Shown here: positions 1-10,219 of the stretch, piece after piece | Position numbering within the stretch: position 1 is the first letter of the stretch | How the letters are laid out: each line of letters begins with the position of its first letter | Source: Azolla caroliniana | Taxonomy: Eukaryota > Plantae > Polypodiophyta | NCBI GenBank assembly: GCA_043228905.1 | Contig: JBHGNT010000018.1 | Span: 1,984,001-2,048,000, forward strand | Direction: 5' to 3' | Length of the DNA: 64,000 nucleotides | Program-made: the position numbers and the translations under genes | The notes under the pieces: model-generated | The model's input: only the letters and a program-made list of their open reading frames with translations | Database searches by the model: none | What the model was told of the DNA's origin: nothing

Positions 1-943
1 ACCGAATGACTATGAGTCTGATCCTACTGCGGAGATTGATACAATGGTTCAATTTTTCAAAGTAGATGGTCTAATAACCACATCTCCGGCTACAGCAAAA
101 GCTTATTTGAGTAAGTCAACCTCCCTCCATCTCTCTCTTTTGAATTGAAAGATGAAATGTATATGTACATACTCACCTATATATATAACAGGTATATCTC
201 AACATACTCACCTATACATATGTGTGTACGTATTTTGTTGGATGTAAACATACATAGTACATACACAACCAAAAGCCAAGAACAACAACAGCCGTCTGAA
301 TGTGCATATGTATTCTCTGAATGTACAAAAGCCAAGAACTTTGGATTTCTGAAGGCATTGATGCAGTCATGTGCACATATATGTATTTATGCATATGTAT
401 TCTCTGTATATACACATATATGATGTATGTATTTGTAATGCTGCGAATGTACTTGTTTGTACGCGAATGTATATATACTTGTACATATATAAATGTGCGC
501 GCGCGTGTGTTGCATGTATATATCATGTATTGTACAATGTATACATATGTATGGGTGTGGGGTGGGGTTGTTCGTGTTTGTTGTAACATTTGAGTCATAT
601 ACCATAGATTTACTGAGATGTAATTGTTTCAGGCAATGGTTGTTTGAACGAGGAGACAGAGATAGGAGGGTTAGGTTATGCATCTCCTACTATCACCCCT
701 GGTGGGTACTCGCGTGGTTATACTCCAAGACTTGGACCCATCCTTGATGTGGACAAAAATCAAACGACATTACCACTTTCAGTCAGCCCGAGCCCAAGCC
801 CGATCCCGAGTGTGAGCCCTGGTTCAACCACGAGTCCGAGCCCTAATACTACTACAAATGGTGCCACTTGCAGATCTTCCCATATCCCTAACTTCTCGCA
901 ACTCATCATCGCTATCATTGCTTTTCAATACCTTATGCATTGA
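1..943 (+). CDS. GDPDL: GDPD-like (SHV3/GDPDL) glycerophosphodiester phosphodiesterase-like GPI-anchored protein, copy A (3' part only; exons <1-110 and 633-943)
   Basis: 1-110 encodes PNDYESDPTAEIDTMVQFFKVDGLITTSPATAKAYL, then GTAAGT donor (111) and TTCAG acceptor (632). The last exon encodes an SP-rich linker, NGA and a hydrophobic tail, with TGA at 941-943. Near-identical to exons 8-9 of copy B. Confidence 0.9.
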
Positions 944-1489
944 TTCTGATGAAGACGATAACATTCATCATTCCATAATATTGACACAACCCTGTTATTT
1001 GTAGCATTATGCAAATTCGACGTATTTGTTTTTCTGGTCGATGTGTATTCTTGTTGTACGTATAGAACCTTATAAAGGACACCCTTTATTTTTATTGAGA
1101 TGGTTTTTTGATACCAAGTGTGTTTTTTGTTGATATCAGAGGTACTAGTGGTGATTCAAATTGAAGATCGTTAATGATCGTAAAAGTGTTCGATAAGGAT
1201 GAGATCAAATGTTTTGAATACAGATGCCAAAGTTAACATTGCTAGCCTTTGATGCGCACCATAATGGCTCCTCTAATGTGTGTGGAGGCTCAAAGATCAG
1301 GAGCACTTGGCAGTGTAGGAAAAATGGTTTCCCAACTGCCCTATCCTCGTAACCAGTTAAAAATTTGCTTTAGAATTGGTACGTAAGGTTAGATCTGTAA
1401 TAGTTGACACAACATACTATCATACATACACCATACATACATACATATATGATGTGACACAATCCAAACCTGCAAGACACACATGCACT

Positions 1490-1990
1490 AAACCCTAAAC
1501 CCTAAAGCCAGTCCTTAGGTCTTCTCGCTGTAGTTCCCTGCTATCACTACACAGCAAGCTACTACAACCCATAACCTTGAATTCAGTTGCTCATCTAAGC
1601 ATCCATGGAGCCTCTCCCCTGTTCCAGCTCTTCTTCTTCTTCTTCTTCTTCCCCATCACTCTGTTTCCGCAGAGAAGCTTTGCGTAGTCCATTCCATATC
1701 ATTCACCCTATGATCTCCTGATGTGCGAGGATGTAGATAAGCTCCCATCATCACTACAGCAGCAATCTTCTTTGTCCACAATCGACAGCTTGGTGCAATC
1801 TCGAAGAAGAAGCAGCAGCTCTGACATAGTTCTCTATCTCATGATCAACCTTTACAATTCCAATTTAATTCTGTCTGTACCCTTACAGAAGGCATTCATT
1901 CATTCCATTTTGAGTCTTCATTTTTAAACTACTGACATCAAGAACAAAGAATACTCTGATCACTACCAATAAGTATCTGCATAAAAAGAG
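1490..1990 (+). pseudogene. Orphan GDPDL 5' fragment (promoter with AAACCCTA, exon 1, part of intron 1)
   Basis: From the ATG at 1605 it aligns with exon 1 of copies B and C (ttcttcttccccatcactct, gaggatgtagataa, gcaatcttcttt, gcaatctcg). It is frameshifted, has TAG in place of CAG, and the exon end and donor are deleted. Intron-1 homology continues to about 1990. Confidence 0.8.
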
Positions 1991-3201
1991 CAATTATACA
2001 AATGCATGGTATTAGATCCAAAGCTTCTCAACATTCCATTAATGTCACCAATGATCCAATTTCCAATAGCATTAAGAGGTACAATCTTGGTCTCTGTTTG
2101 CATTCGTTTTATACTACCTTGGTCGAATCAAACAACAGCAGAAAAAAAGGATCATAGATCTAATAATGTAAGTAATGGACTAATCAAACATCAAGATAAA
2201 TACCATTAAACATTAAACATTACCATTAGTAAATAAAATGTAAAATACCATCAATGCCCCATACCATTAGACATTGCCCTATATTAGTACTTGATAGATG
2301 ATTAGATGATCCAAATAAATGAGCTTAGCTCAGCCACAGAAATAGTTAGTCTTGACAACATCTCAAGATGGGTAGCTAGTCCTAGTTATGTAGCTTAAGG
2401 CTATGGTGATGCATTAGTAAGGGTATGGTAAACCCCTATGAAAAACCTTATGCCAAAAGATTGAAATGTACAAATATCCAATCAATGGTTTAAAAAGCCA
2501 TCACCATCACCATCCATTTCTATTTTTATATGTTGGATGGACTTCAACTCTTGTGCAAACATTTGGGCTATAGAACCATATGTTTGTTTAACTCTAACAA
2601 ATCCAAAATTGATTCAAAAATTTTCATTAAGATATACAATTTTGTTTCTAGTTATTCATAAATTTCATTTGTCATCTCATATACTTTAGGAGCTTCGAAA
2701 TTTCAGGACAAAATTAGAATGCATGTTCTAACCATTTCTATTGTAATTGCTTTGGTGTATTAGGTTTCGCTTTGATTAGTCTTTATTTAAGAGCGTGGGT
2801 GGTAAGTTCTTCGTAGGGATTTATTTCCTTTGAAGAGACTCTTTGATGCGATTGAGTGTTTTATTTTGATCCCAAAAGGATATGTATGACCTCTTAGCTC
2901 GGAATGGCCATTGAAATTATCAACCATTTTAAAAACCCATAGCTCTACAACACTACTTGATCTCATCATTAATATTAATATTAACTCTTGTAGAGGCCTG
3001 GCACTCCTTCACATTCATTCACACAAGCCAAGTATTGAAGTTGCATTATGGCATCAAATTTGTCAAATATAAAGGCATAGTAGAGGATGAGTATGAGTTT
3101 GAAATTTTACATTGCAATTTTGTGAAAGCTATGATGACAAATTTAGAGGGGGCGATGTGAAGAATCTAACTAATTAATTATTCAATGTTTAAACACCATT
3201 T

Positions 3202-3375
3202 GCTTGAGTTTAATCTAGGTTTACTGACAAATCTTCGTCCTTTACAAAAATAATTCTTCTAAGGCACTTAGATTCCTTTGGAGACACCATCGCTTGAGTT
3301 TAATAATCCAAGGTTTATTAACAAATCTTCGTCCGTTACCTGATAATAATTCTAAGGAGCTTAGATTCCTTCGGA
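3202..3375. repeat. Two-copy ~90-bp tandem duplication
   Basis: gcttgagtttaat...acaaatcttcgtcc...ttagattcctt starts at 3202 and again at 3292. Confidence 0.7.
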
Positions 3376-3439
3376 TTAGTCTGTCTTGAGAGCCGGAGAT
3401 CGACACAATGTGAGATAAGAAGAAGAAGATAGTGAGAAG

Positions 3440-3704
3440 CATAGCACATATGTAATATACTAGAATGCATTGGCAAACATTCTTTTTCATACGAATGCAA
3501 ACAAATGCGTATGTTATCAAAACATTGTTATGTTTTTTTTTTCACACTTTTTAACTTAACTTTCGTATCTTAAAAAAAAGAAAAAACCTTTATAATAAAT
3601 AAGGAATACAAAAGCATTGTTTTTACCATACTTCGAGGGTGTTTACCATACGCGATTGATCGAAAAACATTCTCGAATGCGGATGCACGTATGGTTCATA
3701 GTAA
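3440..3704 (-). mobile_element. Non-autonomous hAT-like MITE (CATAG-terminus family), decayed
   Basis: Left end catagcacata. The reverse complement of the right end (cttactatgaaccatacgtgcatccgcattc) matches the start of the 5118 element. No clean TSD. Confidence 0.55.
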
Positions 3705-4431
3705 GAAGAAGGATATATGATTATATCATATATGTATGAAGGAAGAATGGCAGTAGATAAAAAAGACAGACACACAGAGAGGACAAACATTTCTCCATAG
3801 TTCTGATTCATGAATAGATCTCCATAGCTCTCTCCCAATGACGATGACGAATATATTCTCTGATTCCTGAACCCTAAAGACTTCTCTTGCTTTCTGATCC
3901 GCAGAGAGCAAACTGGACTCATTGCTTTCTGATCCACTCCATTGCTGCAATTGGGGAGAATCACTCATCCCTTCTTCCTCCACAGTCAGTCAGTCACAAG
4001 ATACAGTCATGTCACAGTCCAAATTCGAGAAGAGACGCAAAACATTAGTCTCTTTGCAAAATCTTCAGAGATGTCTCGTTGTTGGATCCCGCCTCATTCC
4101 ATCTTCCAAGTCCTTTCTTCTCCTCCTCCACCCACACCCATCCCTGACCACGAAATCAAAGGCTGTTGCGATGGTAGAGATCCTGCTTCAGCACAGACAG
4201 ATCTCTCACATTACGTACAACATGTGAAGCTCTGCAACCGTGGAACACACAGTAAGCGCTCTATCTCTCCCCTCCCTTCCATCCATTCCATGTTTGATTC
4301 CTGCAACTAATTTAAGTGGAAAGCTCTTCCAAATTACCCTGAGTTTCTCTCTTGATTTCCCCCAACATTTCTGTTATTTCCCCTAATGTAACCAAAACCG
4401 AGAATATGGTAGATGAATTGACCATAATTGG

Positions 4432-4915
4432 TAGCAACTGGCACTGTTTCGGCTCAAACCAAACTGAACCGTTAAACCATGGTTTAACGGTTTATTGGTT
4501 CCAAAAAAATTATAATGGTTTGGATTTCCGATAAACGGTTCGATTCGATTCTAAAACTCGGGTTTATAGGTTTTTGGTTAACTTTTCTTTTACCTTAATA
4601 GTTTATTGATTTAATGGTTTTTTCTTTATTTGATAAATTTAACTTAAATACTTATTTAATTTAATGTATTTTTGTTTTTTTAGATGTTTAATTAGTTTAC
4701 TTTAAGTGGTTAGGTTAAATTTTTTTATTAGATGGTTTGGTTTGGTTTTAACTTTTCCCTTAACGGTTTGGTTTCAACTATTTCTTAAATGGTTTGGTTT
4801 CAATATTGAGAGTTCATAAACGGTTTGGTTTGGTTTTTGTTTTAAATAAACAGTTCGGTTCAGTTTCTTTGCCTTGAAATCAAACCGAACCGAAACCGAA
4901 CCACGCGCATTGCTA
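4432..4915. mobile_element. hAT-type MITE with AACCG-rich subtermini
   Basis: 8-bp TSD ATAATTGG at 4424-4431 and 4916-4923. Termini tagcaactg...cattgcta. The empty site accataattggtagagg is present in the paralogous flank at ~15770. Confidence 0.9.
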
Positions 4916-5117
4916 ATAATTGGTAGAGGATAGAGGAGGGGTTTAGCCAAAGGCGCAAAATAAACAGAAACTAAAAAAGTAATTTTGAGTTTTTTCCTTT
5001 TATTTGGCATGTTTTTTTTTTGTGTGTTTTTGTTTCTTGCAGCCAAGAGGAGAGATCCAAACTTGTTCCATTTCTTGTTGATAATTCCACACTCATATCA
5101 AATCCATCCATCATAGG

Positions 5118-5385
5118 CATAGTATGAACCATACGTACTATACGTGCATTCGCATTCCCGTAAGAAAAACACCCTCAAAGAATGATAAATGCCATACTTT
5201 TGGATTAACTATTTCTTATGAGGTAAATAAGCTAAAAAACTGGGATAAAAACAAAAAAAAAACATTAAAAAAAAGGGAAAAAACAAAAAAAAAACACAAG
5301 AATGTTTGAATAACATTCGCATTCGTTTTCCAAAGTAGGAAAACGAATGTTATGTTAGACAAACACAAATTTTATGTACTATGAT
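5118..5385 (+). mobile_element. Non-autonomous hAT-like MITE (CATAG-terminus family)
   Basis: Termini catagta...tactatg, flanked by duplicated tcatagg (5111-5117 and 5386-5392). Absent from the paralogous site at ~15950. Shares cattcgcattc subterminal motifs with the 6266 hAT. Confidence 0.75.
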
Positions 5386-5466
5386 TCATAGGTATGTTAG
5401 AAGAAAAAAAACCTGTAGCTTATAATATAATCTGCAGCGATACTTTATAAATAGACACAAACAAGG

Positions 5467-6142
5467 AAGGACAACGAAACCGAACCACAAAACCGCGGTT
5501 TTTACGGCTTAACAGTTTGAAAATTGTTTAACGGTTTCATGGTTTGGTTCGGTTTAGTTAAGGTTTTAAAAAGGACAACGAAACCGAACCACGAAACCGC
5601 GATTTTTACGGCTTAACAGTTTGAAAATTGTTTAACGGTTTTATGGTTTGGTTCGGTTTAGTTAAGGTTTAAAAAAAATTTAACCGGTTCGGTTTGGACC
5701 CTCTCAAACCGAACCGTACCATTGTCGATTGTTATGTCTAGGTCTACTATCATGTGTGTATATGTGTCCGACACTGTGTCCGTGTCTGAGTCTGAGTCTG
5801 AGCTCGGGTCAAGGTTTTACCATCATGTGCGTACGTGTATGTGAGAAATAAGGTCTCAAAATGAAAAGATTGAACATGGGCTGGCTTCCGACAAACTTGA
5901 GGTTTCGACGAGCGAGCCGGTGGTAAGTGAGCTGCTTCATCAGTATTTGCCCAGGAATCTGTGTTTAAAAACAACTTTAAAAATTTTAAAAAAAATAAAT
6001 TAAAAGTAAAAAACCGTTTAACCGTTTAAACCGCGTTTTTTGGCTATTAAAACCAACCGAACCGAACTGTTGAAACCATTAAGTCGTTAAGCCGCAGTTT
6101 CGCGGTTAGGTTCAGTTCAAACCGAACCGTTGTCAATTGTTT
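5467..6142. mobile_element. Rearranged fragments of the AACCG-rich MITE family, including a 104-bp tandem duplication
   Basis: 5467-5570 repeats at 5571-5675. The end cattgtcgattgtta (~5735) matches 43320-43332. 5965-6142 is the reverse complement of the left end of the 43897 element. Confidence 0.7.
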
Positions 6143-6540
6143 CCTCGACATGAACACATGCATAATAGTTGGCCCAAACATGAAATTGGACACGGATGTG
6201 ATCATGAGTGACATGGACACACATTATAATAGCCACGAACAAGGACATGGACATGTACACACATTCATAGATTGACATATTCGCATTCGTGGGGCCTCCC
6301 CCACGAATACCAACGAATACGCATAAGAATACATGTTCAAGTATTCGTTAACTTTTTTTCCCTTTTTTTTTTTTGAAAAAATGTATTCGACGAGTAGCGA
6401 ATAGGGAAGAGCTTTGTAGGGAATAGTTGAAATAAGGAACAACATCAAACATCGGCTCCTTGAAATTTAGGGTTTACCTACGTCCTTTCCTCCTCTTGCG
6501 TAAGACATACGTGAGACCTCTTTCGACATATTGCTTCCTG

Positions 6541-7212
6541 AAAATTAGGGTTTGGGCAAAACTCGATAAGTCTCCCTTCTCATCTTAGTTGTCCAATAAT
6601 CCATGATTTATTCATGCAATCATCGTAGGATTATTCAATCATAATTAGATTTTAAGTAGAGGTAGGTTTAATGAACATTTTGGATCAAAACATCTCTAAA
6701 AATTATTCCATGAAAATTAAGGTTTTGCCAAAACTCGTTATGTCTCTCTTCTTATCTCAATGTTGCCCAATCTTCCATGATTTATTCATGCTAGCATTGT
6801 AGGATCATCCAATCATAATTAGATTTTCATTAGAGGTAGGATTAATGAAGATTTTGGATGAAAAAGTCTCTTAAAATTATTCCCTCAAAATTAGGGTTTT
6901 GCCAAAGCTTGTTAAGTCTCTCTTCTCATCTCAATGTTGTCCAATCTTCTATGATTTATTCATGCTAGTATTGTCGGATTATCCAATCATAATTAGATTT
7001 TAATTAGAGGTAGGACTAATGAAGATTTTGGATAAGAAAGTCTCTTAAAATTATTCCCTGAAAATTAGGGTTTTGCCAAAGCTCATTAAGTCTCTCTTCT
7101 CATCTCAATGTTGTCCAATCTTCCATGATTTATTCATGCTATCATTGTAGGATTATCCGATCATAATAGATTTGAATTAGAGGTAGGATTAATGAAGATT
7201 TTGGATAAGAAA
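6541..7212. repeat. ~174-bp tandem repeat, 4 copies, inside the hAT 5' region
   Basis: The unit starting aaaattagggttttgccaaa recurs at ~6541, 6714, 6887 and 7061. Confidence 0.9.
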
Positions 7213-7278
7213 GGTTATAATTCATTTTTAGGTATCAAATTAATCTCTTTCAAGATCAACTGAAGGTTAATTTACTAA

Positions 7279-9312
7279 ATGGTGAAGCAAAAGAGCTTCG
7301 AATGGAATCATGTGACCGTTTTGAGAAAACATGATAAAGGTATGCCTATTGTTCAATGCGAACATTGTCACCATGTATTTGTTGGTGGACCCTTTCGAAT
7401 TAGAGCTCACTTGTTAGGCTTGAAAGGTTTAGGTGTTGACAAATGCCGTCAAATCAATGTTGTTATAAAAGCTGAAATACAAAAAATGGTATCTGGTTGT
7501 GTAAATGTTGACATGAATGGTGAGTCATCAATGGAATGCAATGCTGAAAACTGTAGCACAAATGTTGATGTGAATGTGGAATCAACATCTATCAATGAAA
7601 TGCCTTCATCATCTTTTGGTAATGCATCAACAAGTAAAAAGATGAAAGTAGACAATGTTGAACCTTTGAAAGTGTTATGACAAAAGCAACTTGATAAAAA
7701 TGTCGATGAAGCAATCAGGAGGTTCTTTTTTGTAGAGGATATACCGGATGTAAAAGTGGGAAGTACATATTTTCGTGAATTAATAAAAGCTATGGCACTT
7801 GTTGGGTCTTCTTATAAGCCACCATCTCCTAATCAATTGCGCAAAAGGCACTTGAATGAAGAGGTGAAATATGTTGAAAATGAGATTATGCAAATTAGAG
7901 AAAAATGGAAAACTATTGGATGCACTATTGCGAGCGATGGTTGGTTAGATACCAAGAATAGAGCTATAATTAATGTCATGGCTACTTCTACATATGGCAT
8001 TGTGTTTCTGAAATCAGTTGACACTAGTGGAGAATATAAATTGGGAGAGTATATCTTTAAGATTTTAAAGGATGTAATTCTTGATATTGGCCCATCAAAT
8101 GTTGTGCAAGTTTTGTATGGACAATGCAACTAATTGTGTAGTAGCTGGGAGGATGATAGAGAAAGAGTGGCCCATGATCTTTTTTTACCAAATGCACATG
8201 TCATTGCATCTATTTGTTGTTTGAAGATATTGGAAAATGTGTTTGGGTTTGATGTTTTGAAATTAGCTACAAAGGTAATCGTGTTTATTACAAGAAAACA
8301 ATATTCTTTGGCAATGTTTCGTAAGTTTAGTGAGAAAGAATTGTTAAAGCCTTCCACTACTAGATTTGCCTAAAGTTTTATCATGTTGTCAAACTTATTG
8401 GATGACAGAGTCAAAGGTGGATTAAGAAGAATGGTCGTTAGTGAACAATGGTGTCAATGGAAAGGAGAAGAAATAATTTCAATTATACTTGATGCTTCTT
8501 TTTGGGCAAATATAAATAAGATAGTAAAGATATGCAAGCCAATCCTAAAAGTTCTTAGATTGGCGGATAGAGAAGGTGCAACCATGGGTTTAATTTATGA
8601 ATGTACTCATCGTATGATAGAAGAAATAAACCACATTGAAGATGTAGATCATTTATTGCTTGATGAAATTCGGGGAATATGTATGCAAAGATGGACAATG
8701 CTACATTCACCATTGCATGCAACTGGCTTTATTTTGCATCCAATTTGGAGAGAAAAAATTCAAGATATTGATGAGAAGCTCAAAACAAGTTGGATGGAAA
8801 CTATTATGCGGTATACTAATGGTGATATACCTTTATGTGGTGTTTTACTAGATGAATTCTATGCTTATAGAACTCAACAAAAGAGTTCATTTTAGGTTCC
8901 TATGGCAAATGATCCAACTAGAATGCATGATGCAATTAAGTGGTGGGAAACATTTGGAGCAAGCACTCCAAACTTAAAAAGGCTTGCAGTTCATGTGCTT
9001 TCTCAAGGTTCATGTGCATCTTCTTGTGAAAGAAATTGGAGTACATTCTCATCGATACATACAAAAAGAAGAAATAGATTGACTCATGCTCATGTTGAGA
9101 AATTGGTTTACATACATACAAAACATTGTCTCATTAGAAGAATAAGGGAAAGGGGATTATGCCTAATTGAAGCAACATTAGATAAGATCAACAAAGAAGA
9201 AGAAGATGAGAGACTTTTGAGAATGCAAAATCAAGCTATTGATGAAAATGAAGCTCATAAGGACATTAGTGATGAGCTTGAACATACAGAAGATGAATGT
9301 GATAGTGCATAG
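7279..9312 (+). pseudogene. hAT transposase pseudogene
   Basis: BED finger (CEHC...RIRAHL), SDGW catalytic motif, and C-terminal WWETFG...SCERNWSTF...TKRRNRL. Broken by stops at ~7678, ~8371 and ~8893 and by frameshifts near 8110-8200. Confidence 0.92.
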
Positions 9313-9896
9313 ACTCTTAAATTTCGAAGCATTACTTCGAAGTTAGAACCTAGAACTTAAAATATAATGGTTCATAATTGCGTTAATTAAAACATTTCTT
9401 TCTTATGTTAGTGTGATTTTGAAGACCTTCCATTTTTCTATTAATTGGTGATTATTATGTAAATTTATTTTCCATAAACGAATGGTTTTATAATATTATT
9501 GGAGCCATTTTATATTCTCGAATACTACGAATATTGCGGATGTAGAATACCATGCATATCACGCATGGGTCAATCTACGCACACATTATAGTAGACCCGG
9601 ACACGAACACAAACACATACACACAAGATAGTAGACGTGGACACGAATGCGATCGTGAGTGCCAGCGTCATCCGGCCGGGCTGTTGAACAGCTGGATGCA
9701 ATAAAAAATTTCCGACACAAAACAATTTTATTTGCAAAATAGCAAAAAAAAGAAAAAAGAAAAGAAAATGGTCAAAAACAGGAGCAAATTTCTATTTTAT
9801 TAATTTAAAAATTGGAAATTAATTAACAGAATCATCTGCTTCTCCTACTCTGTTTCTCTCCACATTCACATACATACATGGAAGAAGCCCAGGACT

Positions 9897-9923
9897 TAAC
9901 CCTAACCCTAACCCTAACCCTAA
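9897..9923 (+). promoter_or_regulatory. (AACCCT)n telo-box-like tract upstream of GDPDL-B
   Basis: taaccctaaccctaaccctaaccctaa about 300 bp before the ATG. Homologous tracts at 24960-25000 and 1490-1505. Confidence 0.45.
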
Positions 9924-10219
9924 TTCTACCGGAAGAGTAACCTTCTCTTCACTCTGAGCTACCTCAGAGCTGAAAACCCCACACCCAATCTTCGCTATTA
10001 TTTTCTGTATCACAGAAGAAACCCTTCAACCCTCAACTCTAAATCCTGTTAGGTCTTCTCCTCTTTCCGAGCTAGCTCAGAGCTGAAGGCCCAAACCCTA
10101 TTATCGGCATTACTTTCTCTATCACCGAAGAAACCCCTCAACCTTAAATCCAGCTTCAGTTCAGCCCTAGGAAAGAGGAATCCCTGACCAAACCCTGAAT
10201 TCAACAGCTCATTGAAGCA

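Larger units (their letters stand above)
3686..5395 (+). repeat. Segmental duplicate of GDPDL 3' flank (paralogous to 15081-15963)
   Basis: Colinear high similarity with 15081-15963 apart from the two MITE insertions at 4432 and 5118. Confidence 0.9.
6266..9579 (+). mobile_element. Full-length hAT DNA transposon (BED zinc finger / DUF659 / hAT dimerisation transposase), inactivated
   Basis: TIRs catagattgac (6266-6276) and gtcaatctacg (9569-9579), one mismatch. 8-bp TSD CACACATT at 6258-6265 and 9580-9587. Nested inside an older GGACAC-rich element. Confidence 0.93.

Noticed and set aside
145-747. Many overlapping Y/I/M/C/H-rich ORFs (also 13694-14648, 29107-29477, 59116-59642)
   Set aside because: These are translations of TA/CA/TG-rich intronic or microsatellite sequence with no coding signal.
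4150-4260. Minus-strand resemblance to a GIR1-like zinc ribbon (GCRA..MLYVM..C.C..FDF)
   Set aside because: It needs a frameshift and read-through of stops in both copies, so the evidence is too weak.
9897-9923. (TTAGGG)n as an interstitial telomere
   Set aside because: Only about four units, at homologous promoter positions in the paralogues. Better explained as telo-box-like promoter sequence.
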